Positions 1 to 9,669 of a stretch of 64,000 nt of DNA are shown here, piece after piece. Location of the stretch: the NCBI GenBank assembly GCA_046294075.1, contig JBKBJC010000004.1, positions 5,872-69,871 of the forward strand, in the 5' to 3' direction. This stretch comes from Tabrizicola sp. GTDB taxonomy: Bacteria > Pseudomonadota > Alphaproteobacteria > Rhodobacterales > Rhodobacteraceae. Position 1 is the stretch's first letter. Every line of letters starts with the position of its first letter. A program made the translations under genes and the position numbers. Under the pieces are notes generated by a model. That model saw only the letters and a list, made by a program, of their open reading frames with translations, did no database searches and had not been told where the DNA came from.

Positions 1-312
1 ATGGCCGACTGGCTGAAGGAACGCTATCCCACGGAAATGACCGTGGTCCTGCAACACTGGTTCGAGAACCTGACCGTCACCGACGACGGCTTCAGCGTGA
101 CGCTGAACTTCGGCAACAGCCCCGAACCGATGGTGATTCCCTTCGATGCCCTGCGCACCTTCGTCGATCCCTCGGTAGAATTCGGACTGCGCTTCGAGAC
201 GCAGGAGCAGGACGAGGACGAGGTGGAAGAGGAAGAGGACATCGAGGTCGAGCCCGAGGCCGAACGCCACGACGCCGAGATCGTCTCGCTCGACCAGTTC
301 CGCAAGCACTGA
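1..312 (+). CDS. sspB: ClpXP adaptor SspB family protein (alphaproteobacterial type), probably 5'-truncated by the window edge
   Basis: ERYPTEMTVVLQHWF...FSVTLNF...FVDPSVEFGLRF core, acidic linker, C-terminal IVSLDQFRK ClpX-docking tail. Confidence 0.85.
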   Translation: MADWLKERYPTEMTVVLQHWFENLTVTDDGFSVTLNFGNSPEPMVIPFDALRTFVDPSVEFGLRFETQEQDEDEVEEEEDIEVEPEAERHDAEIVSLDQFRKH

Positions 313-863
313 TGTCAGACCTCGCCCTGTTCCGCCGGCGGCTGCTGAAGAACCCCCGGCAGGTCTCGGCGATCGCGCCGTCCTCGCGCACCTTGGCGCG
401 GGCGATGACGCTGGGCCTTGGCCCGACCAGCGGGCCGGTGGTCGAGTTCGGCCCCGGCACCGGGCGCTTCACCGAGGCGATCCTCGCGCGTGGCGTGCCG
501 CCGGAAAAACTGACGCTGTTCGAGCTGGACGAGGAGTTCGTCGCCTATCTGCGGCAGAAATTCCCCGGCGTGACCATCCACCAACTGCCCGCGCAAGAGG
601 CCGCCCGACTGGTCGCGCCCGGGGTCTCGACGGTCATCTCCGGCCTCCCGCTCCTCTCGATGCCCGATGAGGTGCGAAGAGGCATCGTCGCGGCCGCCTT
701 CGCCATCCTTTCGCCCCGCGGCCGCTATGTCCAATTCACCTATGGCCCCCGCCCACCCCTGCCGCGCGAGACCATCGAATCGCTTGGCCTCACGGTGAAC
801 AGGGGCAACAAGGTCTGGGCCAACCTGCCCCCTGCCACCGTCTACCGTTTCCGCCGCGCCTGA
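312..863 (+). CDS. Class I SAM methyltransferase, phospholipid N-methyltransferase PmtA-like
   Basis: [28 protein letters not shown] and QFTYG motifs; TGATG overlap with sspB. Confidence 0.8.
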   Translation: MSDLALFRRRLLKNPRQVSAIAPSSRTLARAMTLGLGPTSGPVVEFGPGTGRFTEAILARGVPPEKLTLFELDEEFVAYLRQKFPGVTIHQLPAQEAARLVAPGVSTVISGLPLLSMPDEVRRGIVAAAFAILSPRGRYVQFTYGPRPPLPRETIESLGLTVNRGNKVWANLPPATVYRFRRA

Positions 864-967
864 CGCCTGCGACATTTGCGGCCCCGCTGCGGTATACCAA
901 TGTATGCCAATTGATTTCGCCTGACCCCGGCGCTATGCGGAGCGCGAGAGTTTGCGAGGAGATTCCG

Positions 968-2362
968 ATGACCGCGACCCGCACCGAGACCGACAGCTTC
1001 GGCCCGCTCGAGGTTCCCGCCGACAAGTACTGGGGCGCGCAGACCCAGAGGTCGATCATCAACTTCCCCATCGGCTGGGAACGCCAGCCGGTCCCGATCA
1101 TCCGCGCCCTCGGCGTCATCAAGCGCGCCTGCGCCGTGGTGAACATGGCCCAGGGCGACCTGCCGGCCGAATTGGGCAACGCCATCGTCTCGGCCGCGCA
1201 GGAGGTGATCGACGGCAAGTTCGATGACAACTTCCCGCTGGTCGTCTGGCAGACCGGCTCGGGCACCCAGTCGAACATGAACGCGAACGAGGTCATCTCG
1301 AACCGCGCCATCGAGATGCTGGGCGGCGTGAAAGGCTCGAAGAAACCCGTGCATCCGAACGACCATGTGAACATGGGGCAGTCCTCGAACGACACCTTCC
1401 CGACCGCGATGCATGTCGCCATCGGCATGCATACCCGCGACGTGCTGATCCCCGGGCTGGAGAAACTGGCGGGTGCGCTCTGGGCGAAGTCGCGCGAATT
1501 CAAGGACATCATCAAGATCGGCCGAACCCATACCCAGGATGCGACGCCGCTGACGCTGGGCCAGGAATTCTCGGGCTATGCCACCCAGGTCGACCGCGGG
1601 ATCGAACGGGTCAAGCTGTGCCTGCCGCATATCTACGAACTGGCGCAGGGTGGCACGGCCGTCGGCACCGGGCTGAACACCCGCGTCGGCTTTGACGCCC
1701 GTGTCGCCGCCGAGATCGCCAAGATCACTGGCCTGCCCTTCGTCACTGCGCCGAACAAGTTCGAGGCACTCGCGGCACATGACGCGATGGTCATGTTCTC
1801 GGGCGCGCTGAAGACCGTGGCCGGATCCCTCTTCAAGATCGCCAACGACCTGCGGCTTCTGGGCTCCGGCCCCCGCTCGGGCCTGGGCGAGCTGATCCTG
1901 CCGGAAAACGAGCCCGGTTCCTCGATCATGCCCGGCAAGGTGAACCCGACCCAGGCCGAGGCGCTGACCATGGTCTGCGCGCATGTGATGGGCAACGACG
2001 CCGCCGTGGGCTTCGCCGGGAGCCAGGGGCATTTCGAGCTGAACGTCTACAACCCGATGATGTCCTACAACGTGCTGCAATCGATCCAGCTTCTGGGCGA
2101 TGCGGCCTCCAGCTTCACCGACAACATGGTTGTCGGCACCCAGGCCAACACCGCCCGGATCGAGAAGCTGATGAAGGAATCGCTGATGCTGGTCACGGCG
2201 CTTGCTCCCACGATCGGCTACGACAACGCGACCAAGGTCGCCAAGACCGCGCACAGGAATGGCACAACCTTGCGGGAAGAGGCCATCGCGCTTGGTTTTG
2301 TGGACGGCGAGACCTTCGACCGCATCGTGCGGCCCGAGGACATGGTCGGGCCCAAGGGTTGA
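968..2362 (+). CDS. fumC: Class II fumarate hydratase
   Basis: [20 protein letters not shown] and [11 protein letters not shown] signatures; start set at ATG 968 behind GAGGAG. Confidence 0.97.
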   Translation: MTATRTETDSFGPLEVPADKYWGAQTQRSIINFPIGWERQPVPIIRALGVIKRACAVVNMAQGDLPAELGNAIVSAAQEVIDGKFDDNFPLVVWQTGSGTQSNMNANEVISNRAIEMLGGVKGSKKPVHPNDHVNMGQSSNDTFPTAMHVAIGMHTRDVLIPGLEKLAGALWAKSREFKDIIKIGRTHTQDATPLTLGQEFSGYATQVDRGIERVKLCLPHIYELAQGGTAVGTGLNTRVGFDARVAAEIAKITGLPFVTAPNKFEALAAHDAMVMFSGALKTVAGSLFKIANDLRLLGSGPRSGLGELILPENEPGSSIMPGKVNPTQAEALTMVCAHVMGNDAAVGFAGSQGHFELNVYNPMMSYNVLQSIQLLGDAASSFTDNMVVGTQANTARIEKLMKESLMLVTALAPTIGYDNATKVAKTAHRNGTTLREEAIALGFVDGETFDRIVRPEDMVGPKG

Positions 2363-2377
2363 TCGGCAGGGCGGCTG

Positions 2378-2557
2378 ATGGGCGAGGTCGTCAATCTCCG
2401 CACCGCAAGGAAGCAGGCGGCCCGCAAGGCCGCCCGCGCGGAGGCCGACGCCAATGCCGCGATGCATGGGCGAACAGAAGCCGAGCGCGCGCTGCAAAAG
2501 GCCCGCGCCGATAAGGCCGCGCGGGACCACGACGGCCATCGGCGCGAGACGGAGTAA
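2378..2557 (+). CDS. DUF4169-like small protein (59 aa, not in ORF track)
   Basis: Manual translation MGEVVNLRTARKQAARKAARAEADANAAMHGRTEAERALQKARADKAARDHDGHRRETE; typical fumC neighbour. Confidence 0.8.
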   Translation: MGEVVNLRTARKQAARKAARAEADANAAMHGRTEAERALQKARADKAARDHDGHRRETE

Positions 2558-2569
2558 CCGGCCGTTAAC
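2554..2569 (+). promoter_or_regulatory. Candidate CtrA site
   Basis: GTAA-CCGGCCG-TTAAC, one mismatch to TTAA-N7-TTAAC, ~35 bp upstream of ATG 2605. Confidence 0.45.
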
Positions 2570-2604
2570 CCGCTTTGGCAGGGTGAAGGCAGGAGGTGCG
2601 CAGC

Positions 2605-2835
2605 ATGACCCAACTGCCCGAAGTGATCTCGCCCGAGAAATGGATCGTCCACTTGTTCTCCGCCAAAGGCGTAGCCGAAGGCGGCACCGTTCGCCGCAAG
2701 GTTGCTGACGTTGAGCGCCTGATCGGCCGCAACCGCTTTCCGCACGAGGTTCGTCGGCGCGGCTTTCGGGTGGTCGAGAACGCCGGCCAGTTCATCGTCT
2801 TCTGAAACCGCGAGCCGGTCTACTTCCTGAACTGA
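2605..2835 (+). pseudogene. Small conserved Rhodobacteraceae protein interrupted by in-frame TGA at 2803-2805 (nonsense mutation or recoding)
   Basis: AGGAGG RBS; MTQLPEV...RRRGFRVVENAGQFIVF*NREPVYFLN*; homologs as I recall them end ...IFCN.EP. Confidence 0.55.
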
Positions 2836-2851
2836 CCGCGCGTCCTGGGTC

Positions 2852-2893
2852 GCAAATCTTTTCGAAAAGATTTGCAGAATCCTTCGAAGGATT
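2852..2893. repeat. Tandem AT-rich TTCGAA-centred palindromes, copy 1
   Basis: Perfect 24-bp palindrome GCAAATCTTTTCGAAAAGATTTGC (2852-2875), then AATCCTTCGAAGGATT (2878-2893); the 24-mer recurs at 38706. Confidence 0.85.
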
Positions 2894-2930
2894 TTGCCCC
2901 GGCCCGACCGTTGCGCTACGCTGCCGCCCC

Positions 2931-3149
2931 ATGACCACCCGCCCCGCAAAGCACTCCCTCACCCTGCGCGGCCACCGCACCAGCGTCTCGCTGGAACCCG
3001 AGTTCTGGGATGCCTTCCGCACCATTGCCGATGAACGGCAGACCCATCTCAACGCCCTTGCCGCCGAGATCGACGCCGCACGCCGCGGAGATGAGGGGTT
3101 GGCCTCCGCTATCCGCGTTTTCTGCCTGAACCATTACCGGAGAGGCTGA
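2931..3149 (+). CDS. Ribbon-helix-helix domain protein (RHH_4-like)
   Basis: KHSLTLRGHRTSVSLEPEFWDAF...LASAIRVF motif. Confidence 0.85.
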   Translation: MTTRPAKHSLTLRGHRTSVSLEPEFWDAFRTIADERQTHLNALAAEIDAARRGDEGLASAIRVFCLNHYRRG

Positions 3150-3291
3150 TCTGCGCCGCTAGCCGAGCGCCCGCCGGCGGGGGAAAGCCTCGGCGACCCC
3201 TCGCCTGCTGCCGGTCTTGCGGTTACCCGATCCCGGATCCGAACGCCCCGGGGGGCTACGGGCAGGCTGCGCCCGCCCGCAGCTGCCGGTC

Positions 3292-4353
3292 TCAGTTCAT
3301 TTCGCTGGCGCGATCGGCCGCAACGGCGGCCTCGGCCGTCGATACGGCCGCGGTGAAAGCGTCCAGCACCTCCGGCCCGCCCTTCACGTTGGCCTTGAAC
3401 CAATCGAAGACCGGCGCGACCGCGGCCTTGAAGGCAGCCTTTTCCTCGGAGGTGGGCACATAGATCTCGCCGCCCGCAGCACGGAAATCGGCATAGGCCT
3501 GGATTTCCTTGCGCTTGGGCGAGGCGAAGGTCGCCTGCTGCAGGGCAGCAAAGCCATCGACCACGATCTGCTGCTGCTCTGGCGTCAGCGACTTGAAGCG
3601 GTCATTACCCATCCACCAGAAGGCGCCCATGTAGCTGTGGCCGTCCAGCGTCAGGTACTTGATGCCGGCATCGGTGAACTTCATCGACATGATGTCGGTG
3701 ATGCCGTTTGCGGTGCCCTCGACGACGCCGGTCTGCAGCGAGGTGAACAGTTCCGGCCACGGGATCGGCGTGGGAGAGGCGCCGAGCGTGGTCGCCAGCA
3801 TCTGCGGCAGGTCGGCCGGGACGGTGCGCATCTTCAGGCCAGCCAGATCGCCCGGGGTGGCGATACGCTTCTTGGTGTTGGCATAGTTGCGCCAGCCACC
3901 GGTGTTGCCGATGGTCATCAGGCGGATCTTGTCGCCGCTGTCGGCCAGCGCCATCGCCCGCAGCTTGGCGGTGAAGTCCGTGCCAGTCAGCACCTCTTCG
4001 GCAACGCGGTCATCCGACATCAGGTAGGGCAGATCCAGAACCTGGATATAGGGAAAGAGGCCTGCCGCCCCGCCGGAGGTCGAGATGTAGATGTCGATCG
4101 TGCCATCCGCGACGCCCGCCAGGCATTCGTCCCCCTTGGCACAGAGCTGGGTGCCCATGAAGATCTCGACCCCAATCGCGCCGTTCGAGGCGTTCTCGAC
4201 ATAGTTCTTGAACACGACGAGGCCGTCGTAGTCCTCGTCCTGCTCGTTCGAATTCGCGGTGGCGCGCAACATGATGTCCTGCGCCAGCGCCGCCCCGGCG
4301 GTGCCCGCCAGAAGTGCCACCAGCACCAGTGACGTGAGAGATTTCTTCAGCAT
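3292..4353 (-). CDS. TRAP substrate-binding protein DctP, probable sulfoquinovose/SQ-glycoside binding
   Basis: Signal peptide, LAGLKMRT and ELFTSLQTGVVEG motifs; last gene of the smo operon. Confidence 0.88.
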   Translation of the reverse strand: MLKKSLTSLVLVALLAGTAGAALAQDIMLRATANSNEQDEDYDGLVVFKNYVENASNGAIGVEIFMGTQLCAKGDECLAGVADGTIDIYISTSGGAAGLFPYIQVLDLPYLMSDDRVAEEVLTGTDFTAKLRAMALADSGDKIRLMTIGNTGGWRNYANTKKRIATPGDLAGLKMRTVPADLPQMLATTLGASPTPIPWPELFTSLQTGVVEGTANGITDIMSMKFTDAGIKYLTLDGHSYMGAFWWMGNDRFKSLTPEQQQIVVDGFAALQQATFASPKRKEIQAYADFRAAGGEIYVPTSEEKAAFKAAVAPVFDWFKANVKGGPEVLDAFTAAVSTAEAAVAADRASEMN

Positions 4354-4385
4354 GTTTCCTCCTGTTGGGTCTAGGTGATGGTCGT

Positions 4386-5675
4386 TCAGTTCACGAACCC
4401 CGCAATGCGGGGAAGGGTCAGGGAAATTGCGGGGATGTAGGTGATCATCAGGATCACCAGGAACTCCACCAGCAGAAACGGCATGACCGCCCGGGCGATG
4501 GTTTCCACCCTCAGCCCCGAGACGGCCGAGGTGGCGAAAAGGACCAGCCCCATCGGCGGGGTCAGCAGGCCTACGGTCAGGTTCACCACCATGACGACGG
4601 CAAAATGCACCGGATCAACCCCCAGCGACACGAAGATCGGCCCAAGAATCGGCCCGAGGATGATGATCGCGGGCCCCGCGTCCAGAAACATGCCGACGAT
4701 GAACAGAAGCAGGTTCACCAGCAGAAGGAGGAAAAGCGGGTTCTCGGTGATGCCGAGCAGCGCCGACGCCAGCAGTTCGGGCGTATGCGCCAGGGCTGCC
4801 ACGGTCTTGAAGGCCATCGCCGCGCCGACCAGCAGCATCACGACCGAACTGGTGATCCCGGCCCGGGTCAGCACCCCCGGAACATCCCGCCAGGTCAGGG
4901 TCTTGAGGATGAAGATCGAGATGACGAAGCTGTAGCCCACCGCGACCGCTGCCGCCTCGGTCGGAGTGAACACGCCGGACAGGATACCGCCCATCAGCAG
5001 GACCGGGGTCATCAGCGGCCAGAAGGCAGCCCCGGCAGCACGGGCCGCATCGGCCCAGCTGGCCCGGGGCAGCGCCTTTGGCAGGTTGTAGCGGTCAGCC
5101 ATCAGCTTGACCGTGATCATCAGCGCAACGCCAATCAGAAAGCCCGGCAGGATTCCGGCCAGGAACAGCGCCGCGACACTTTCGCCCATCACATAGGCAT
5201 AGATGATCATGATCCCCGATGGCGGGATGATCGGCCCGATGATCGCACTTGCCGCGGTGATCGCGGCGGCAAAGGGCTTGGGATAGCCCTTCCTTTCCAT
5301 CTGCGGAATGATGATCGACCCCAGCGCCGACACATCCGCCACCGCCGACCCCGAGATGCCTGCGAACAGCATGGAATCGACCACGTTCACCTGCGCCAGA
5401 CCGGCGCGGAAATGGCCGACCATCGCCTGCGCGAAGCCCACGATCCGGGCCGAGATGCCGCCACGGTTCATCAGCTCGCCGGCCAGCATGAAGAACGGGA
5501 TCGCCATCAGCGGGAACGAGTTCATGCCCTCATAGACGTTGCGATACAAAAGCACGATGTCCCGCTCCTGACCGTTCAGCCACAGAAGAAGGGCGGGCGC
5601 GGCCAGGAGGCCGAAGATCACCGGCAGGCCCAGCATGAGGAAGACAAGAAACAGGGGCAGGAAGAAGCTCAGCAT
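4386..5675 (-). CDS. TRAP large permease DctM
   Basis: AIPFFMLAGELMN, GISGSAVAD, IIPPS and GLLTPPMG motifs. Confidence 0.93.
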   Translation of the reverse strand: MLSFFLPLFLVFLMLGLPVIFGLLAAPALLLWLNGQERDIVLLYRNVYEGMNSFPLMAIPFFMLAGELMNRGGISARIVGFAQAMVGHFRAGLAQVNVVDSMLFAGISGSAVADVSALGSIIIPQMERKGYPKPFAAAITAASAIIGPIIPPSGIMIIYAYVMGESVAALFLAGILPGFLIGVALMITVKLMADRYNLPKALPRASWADAARAAGAAFWPLMTPVLLMGGILSGVFTPTEAAAVAVGYSFVISIFILKTLTWRDVPGVLTRAGITSSVVMLLVGAAMAFKTVAALAHTPELLASALLGITENPLFLLLLVNLLLFIVGMFLDAGPAIIILGPILGPIFVSLGVDPVHFAVVMVVNLTVGLLTPPMGLVLFATSAVSGLRVETIARAVMPFLLVEFLVILMITYIPAISLTLPRIAGFVN

Positions 5676-6272
5676 CTATTCGGCCCCCGATCCAAGCATG
5701 ACGGTGTCGGGAATGTCGCGCAGGCCTTCAGGGCCGCGGATCAGCGCATAGATGTTGCGCAACGCCAGCTCTACCGCGACCAGCAGCAGAAGTGCCACGC
5801 CTGCCAGCATCGAGGCCATCATCCACGACTTCGGCACCTTCATCCACACCGACAGGTCCAGGCTGACCGGCACCCGCAGGGAGTCGGTCTCGAACCGGCC
5901 GCCAAGACCCGTCACTTCGGACCAGCCGATGCCGAGGGCAACCCAGAGGACCAGAATCGTCACGACCATCAGGAAGACGGAAAGCCCGGTCGCCACCATG
6001 CGCGGCAGCATGCGGATCACCATGTCGATGGCGACGAACCCGCCGCGGCGAAAGGCGGTGGGCGCCATCAGACCGGTCGACCAGAGCATCAGGAAGCGCG
6101 AGGCCTCCTCGGGCCAAGGCAGCGCGTTGTTCAGCACATAGCGGAAGAAGACCTGCACCAGGATTGCCACGACCATCAGGCCCAGGCAGGCAGCACCAAG
6201 CCAGCGGCCAAGCGCCAGAAGCGCGCCGTTGACCAGGCCCAGGCCGTTGCAGATGGCCAGAAGTGCGGTCAC
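5676..6272 (-). CDS. TRAP small permease DctQ
   Basis: QVFFRYVLNNALPWPEEASR; four TM segments; GTG start behind GGAGGAG. Confidence 0.9.
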   Translation of the reverse strand: MTALLAICNGLGLVNGALLALGRWLGAACLGLMVVAILVQVFFRYVLNNALPWPEEASRFLMLWSTGLMAPTAFRRGGFVAIDMVIRMLPRMVATGLSVFLMVVTILVLWVALGIGWSEVTGLGGRFETDSLRVPVSLDLSVWMKVPKSWMMASMLAGVALLLLVAVELALRNIYALIRGPEGLRDIPDTVMLGSGAE

Positions 6273-6307
6273 GTCTCCTCCCTTCGCCCCCTCTCCCCGG
6301 GGGCGTT

Positions 6308-6817
6308 TCAGCCGGCAAAGCCTCCGAACCTGCCTTTCGCAAAGACCAGCGGCTCGCCCTCCTCCAGGGCCAGCCGCAGGACTTGTCCCACGATGATCAG
6401 ATGGTCGCCGCCGTCATGCGTCGCGTGCTGGGCGCAGTCGAAGCGGGCAATGGCGCCGGGCAGAATGGGCACCCCTTCCCGGTTCGCCTGCCAGGTCAGG
6501 CCCTCGAACCCTTGCCCGCCCCTGGAAAAGCGGGCGGGCAGGTCCGCCTGCTCCTGTCCCAGCACATGAATTGCATAGTGCCTGGCGGCGGCAAAATGCG
6601 GATAGCGCTGCGAGGCCTTGGCGGGCGACCACAGCACCAGCGCCGGGTCCAGCGACAGGCTCGCAAAGCTGTTGGCGGTAAAGCCCATCGGCCCCTGCGG
6701 CCCCCGGATCGTGACCACGGTCACGCCCGTCGCAAAGCGCCCCAGCGCATCGCGGAACAGCCGCGCGTTGGCGGCGTCCGGCACAACCTCTGCCGCCTGG
6801 ATGCCGCCATCCGCCAT
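6308..6817 (-). CDS. smoA: Flavin reductase partner of SQ monooxygenase
   Basis: FRDALGRFATGVTVV, TANSFASLSLDP and GGDHLIIVG motifs; position directly after smoB. Confidence 0.8.
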   Translation of the reverse strand: MADGGIQAAEVVPDAANARLFRDALGRFATGVTVVTIRGPQGPMGFTANSFASLSLDPALVLWSPAKASQRYPHFAAARHYAIHVLGQEQADLPARFSRGGQGFEGLTWQANREGVPILPGAIARFDCAQHATHDGGDHLIIVGQVLRLALEEGEPLVFAKGRFGGFAG

Positions 6818-7713
6818 CACGCGACCTCGTGGCCCTGGGCGAGCGTCAGAAGCTCGAACCAGGTTTCGCGGTCCATCGGCACGCGCAAGGCGTCCGAGAT
6901 CCGCGCGATGCGCGACAGGGTGTTGGTGCCCAGAACCGGGATGATCTTCGCGGGATGGTGCAAGAGCCAGGCCACGGCAACCGCCGTCCAGTCGGCGCCC
7001 GCCGCCTGAGCGATCTGGTCCAGCCGGGCGCTGAGGCCACGGATCGCCTCGGCGCGCAGATGCCCGCCTGCCAGGGGGCTCCAGGCCATCGGGGGGATCG
7101 CGCGTTCCTGCAGGAAGGCAAGGTCGCCATTGGTGAAGGGGGCGCGGCAGTTCAGCGACAGTTCGATCTGGTTGGTGACCAGCGGCGTGGACATGGCCGA
7201 TTGCAAGAGCGTGAAGTCCCAGGGCCGGAAGTTCGACACACCGACCGCCCGCACCTTGCCGCCTGCGACCAGCCCATCCAGCGCGCGGCCGGTTTCGTGG
7301 TGGTCCATCAGCGGGTCGGGCCGGTGGATCAGGAGAAGATCGATCCGGTCGGTCGCCATCTCGCGCAAGGAAGCCTCGACCGAAGCCGTGATATGCGCGG
7401 CCGAGGTGTCATAGTGCTTGACCCGCGCCCCCGAGTGGCGACCGACCGGGGCGACGATATCGCATTTGGTGACGATCTCGATCCGGTCCCGCAGCCCGGG
7501 CGCGGCCTTCAGCGCCGCCCCAAAGAGCGCCTCGGCCGCATAGCCGCCGTAGATGTCTGCCTGGTCCATCGTGGTGATGCCCTGCGCCAGGCAGGCCTCG
7601 ACCTTGGCCCGGACATGCCCGGGAGAGGTATCGGCATCATCTCCCAGACGCCACATGCCATAGACCAGCCGGGACATGGTGATGGGGCCGAGGGCAACAC
7701 GTTCCATCGTCAT
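6817..7713 (-). CDS. smoB: Aldo/keto reductase, 6-oxo-glucose reductase
   Basis: SRLVYGMWRLGDDADTSP...DQADIYGGY...ARVKHYDT closely resembles Agrobacterium SmoB as I recall it; start overlaps smoC stop. Confidence 0.85.
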   Translation of the reverse strand: MTMERVALGPITMSRLVYGMWRLGDDADTSPGHVRAKVEACLAQGITTMDQADIYGGYAAEALFGAALKAAPGLRDRIEIVTKCDIVAPVGRHSGARVKHYDTSAAHITASVEASLREMATDRIDLLLIHRPDPLMDHHETGRALDGLVAGGKVRAVGVSNFRPWDFTLLQSAMSTPLVTNQIELSLNCRAPFTNGDLAFLQERAIPPMAWSPLAGGHLRAEAIRGLSARLDQIAQAAGADWTAVAVAWLLHHPAKIIPVLGTNTLSRIARISDALRVPMDRETWFELLTLAQGHEVA

Positions 7714-8870
7714 CAGCGGCGCACTCCGGTGCCCAGTGGGGTGGCGGGGGTCGTGTCGGGAACCCGGCCGTAGACATGGGGCAAGGAACAGGTCTTCAAC
7801 TGCGGCAGGACCTTCGTGCCGAAATGGTCGCACTCGTCGAGATGCGGATAACCGGAAAGGATGAAGGCCCGGATGCCCATTGCCCGATACTCTTCCAGCC
7901 GAGACATAACCTGATCGACCGATCCGACAAGCGCCGCCCCGCAACCGGACCGCGCGCGGCCGATTCCGGTCCACAGGTTGGGCTCGACATAGCCGAACTG
8001 GTCGGCCAGTTCCCGCGCCCGTGCCTGATGCGCCACGCCCAGACTGATCGAGTCATGCGCCCGGTCACGGATCAGCTTGCCGTATTCATCGTCCAGCTTC
8101 GAGACGATGTAATCGGCATAGTCGCGCGCCTCGGCCTCGGTGTCGCGCACGATCATGTGGACCCGCAGGCCATAGTCCAGCGTCCGGCCATGCGCCTCGG
8201 CCCGGGCATGGACATCCTGCATCCGCTTGGCCAGCATCTCCTTCGTCTCCGGCCACATCAGATAGACGTCGCACTGGGCGCCGCAAAGTTCCAGCGCGTC
8301 AGGGGAATAGCCGCCGAAGTAGAGCAGCGGCCCGCCGTTCTGCTGGTAGGGACGCGCGGGGTCCGTGGTGATCTTGCTGATCCTGTAGACCTCGCCGTCG
8401 TATTCGATGTGGTCGCGCGTCCAGGCCTGGCGCAGGATCTCGACCACCTCGTGACTACGCTTGTAGCGATAGGCGCTGTCCGCGACCTCGCCGGGGAAGT
8501 CGGAGGAGATCACGTTCAGCGTCAGGCGCCCCTGCAGCATGTGGTCCAGCGTGGCCACCGTGCGGGCCAGCATGACGGGCTGCATCTCGCCGCAGCGGAT
8601 GGCTGCCAGGAAGTTGATGCGATCCGTGATCGTTGCGCAGCCCGCAACGAAGGACAGGGTATCCTGACCGACCTGATAGGAGGACGGGCACAGGATGTTG
8701 CGGAACCCGTGCCCTTCCGCCCGCTTCACGATTCCCGAACAATGCGCCCAGCTTGACCGCAGCTTCCCGTCCGGCACGCCGAGGAACTGGTAGTCGTCCG
8801 AACACAGTGCCGCGAACCAGCTGACCTCGCAGGCATCAAGGTCGGGCGAGGTGATCGGGACGACCGACAT
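7713..8870 (-). CDS. smoC: Luciferase-like flavin-dependent sulfoquinovose monooxygenase
   Basis: MSVVPITSPDLDACEVSWFAALCSDDY...CPSSYQVGQDTLSFV...LWTGIGRARSGCGAALVGS matches recalled Agrobacterium SmoC; smoABD context. Confidence 0.88.
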   Translation of the reverse strand: MSVVPITSPDLDACEVSWFAALCSDDYQFLGVPDGKLRSSWAHCSGIVKRAEGHGFRNILCPSSYQVGQDTLSFVAGCATITDRINFLAAIRCGEMQPVMLARTVATLDHMLQGRLTLNVISSDFPGEVADSAYRYKRSHEVVEILRQAWTRDHIEYDGEVYRISKITTDPARPYQQNGGPLLYFGGYSPDALELCGAQCDVYLMWPETKEMLAKRMQDVHARAEAHGRTLDYGLRVHMIVRDTEAEARDYADYIVSKLDDEYGKLIRDRAHDSISLGVAHQARARELADQFGYVEPNLWTGIGRARSGCGAALVGSVDQVMSRLEEYRAMGIRAFILSGYPHLDECDHFGTKVLPQLKTCSLPHVYGRVPDTTPATPLGTGVRR

Positions 8871-8916
8871 GATTCTCTGTCTCCGGCTGCCGCTTTCCTC
8901 TTGCGTAGCATCCGCC

Positions 8917-8941
8917 TTGATGTAGATCAATCATGTATCAA
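8917..8941. promoter_or_regulatory. Operator between smoC and smoD (FNR-like box and/or SmoD site)
   Basis: TTGAT-GTAG-ATCAA (8917-8930) followed by TCATGTATCAA; AT-rich patch between divergent genes. Confidence 0.55.
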
Positions 8942-8957
8942 TTATGGATGCGACGGA

Positions 8958-9659
8958 ATGGCCCACCCCGGATCGCTGCCGCTGTATCAGCAGATCGCCG
9001 AGCTTCTGATCCGCGACATCGCCGCGGGCCGGCTGATCGACGGGGAACGCCTGCCACCCGAGCGGGACATGGCGTCGAGCCTGGGAATCGCGGTCGGGAC
9101 CTTGCGGCAGGCGCTGAAGTCGCTGACCGAGAAGGGCCTGCTCGACCGGGTTCAGGGGTCAGGCAACTATATCCGCGCAAAGGCCGATGCGGCCTCGGTC
9201 TATGCGCTGTTCCGGCTGGAGCGGGTCGAGGGCGGCGGCCTGCCCACGGCGCGCGTGCTGTCGGTCGATCGTTGCCCGAAGACCCCTGCCCTGCCACCCT
9301 TCGGGACCCATGCCGAAGGCCACCGCATCCGGCGTCTGCGCTTCCTGTCCGGGCAGGTCGCGGCGGTCGAGGAGATCTGGCTGGACGGGGCCGAGGCCGA
9401 GCGCATCGCCCCCGGCGACCTTCTGGAATCGCTCTACCTCTACTACCGGCAGCGCCTCGGCATCTGGATCGCCCGCGCCGAGGACAGGATCGGCCAGGGT
9501 CCCCTGCCCGACTGGGCGCCCCCGGAGTTTCCGCACCGACCCGGATCGCCCCTGCCGCTCATCACCCGGATCAGCTGGGCGCAGGATGGCCGGTCGGTCG
9601 AGGCCTCGCTCACCTGGTACGACCCGGAAACCGTGCGCTATGTCGCGCGCCTGAAGTAG
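8958..9659 (+). CDS. smoD: GntR/HutC (UTRA) family regulator
   Basis: PLYQQIA...RLPPERDMA..LGIAVGTLRQAL..RVQGSGNY wHTH plus UTRA-like domain; divergent from smoC. Confidence 0.8.
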   Translation: MAHPGSLPLYQQIAELLIRDIAAGRLIDGERLPPERDMASSLGIAVGTLRQALKSLTEKGLLDRVQGSGNYIRAKADAASVYALFRLERVEGGGLPTARVLSVDRCPKTPALPPFGTHAEGHRIRRLRFLSGQVAAVEEIWLDGAEAERIAPGDLLESLYLYYRQRLGIWIARAEDRIGQGPLPDWAPPEFPHRPGSPLPLITRISWAQDGRSVEASLTWYDPETVRYVARLK

Positions 9660-9669
9660 GACCAATTCG

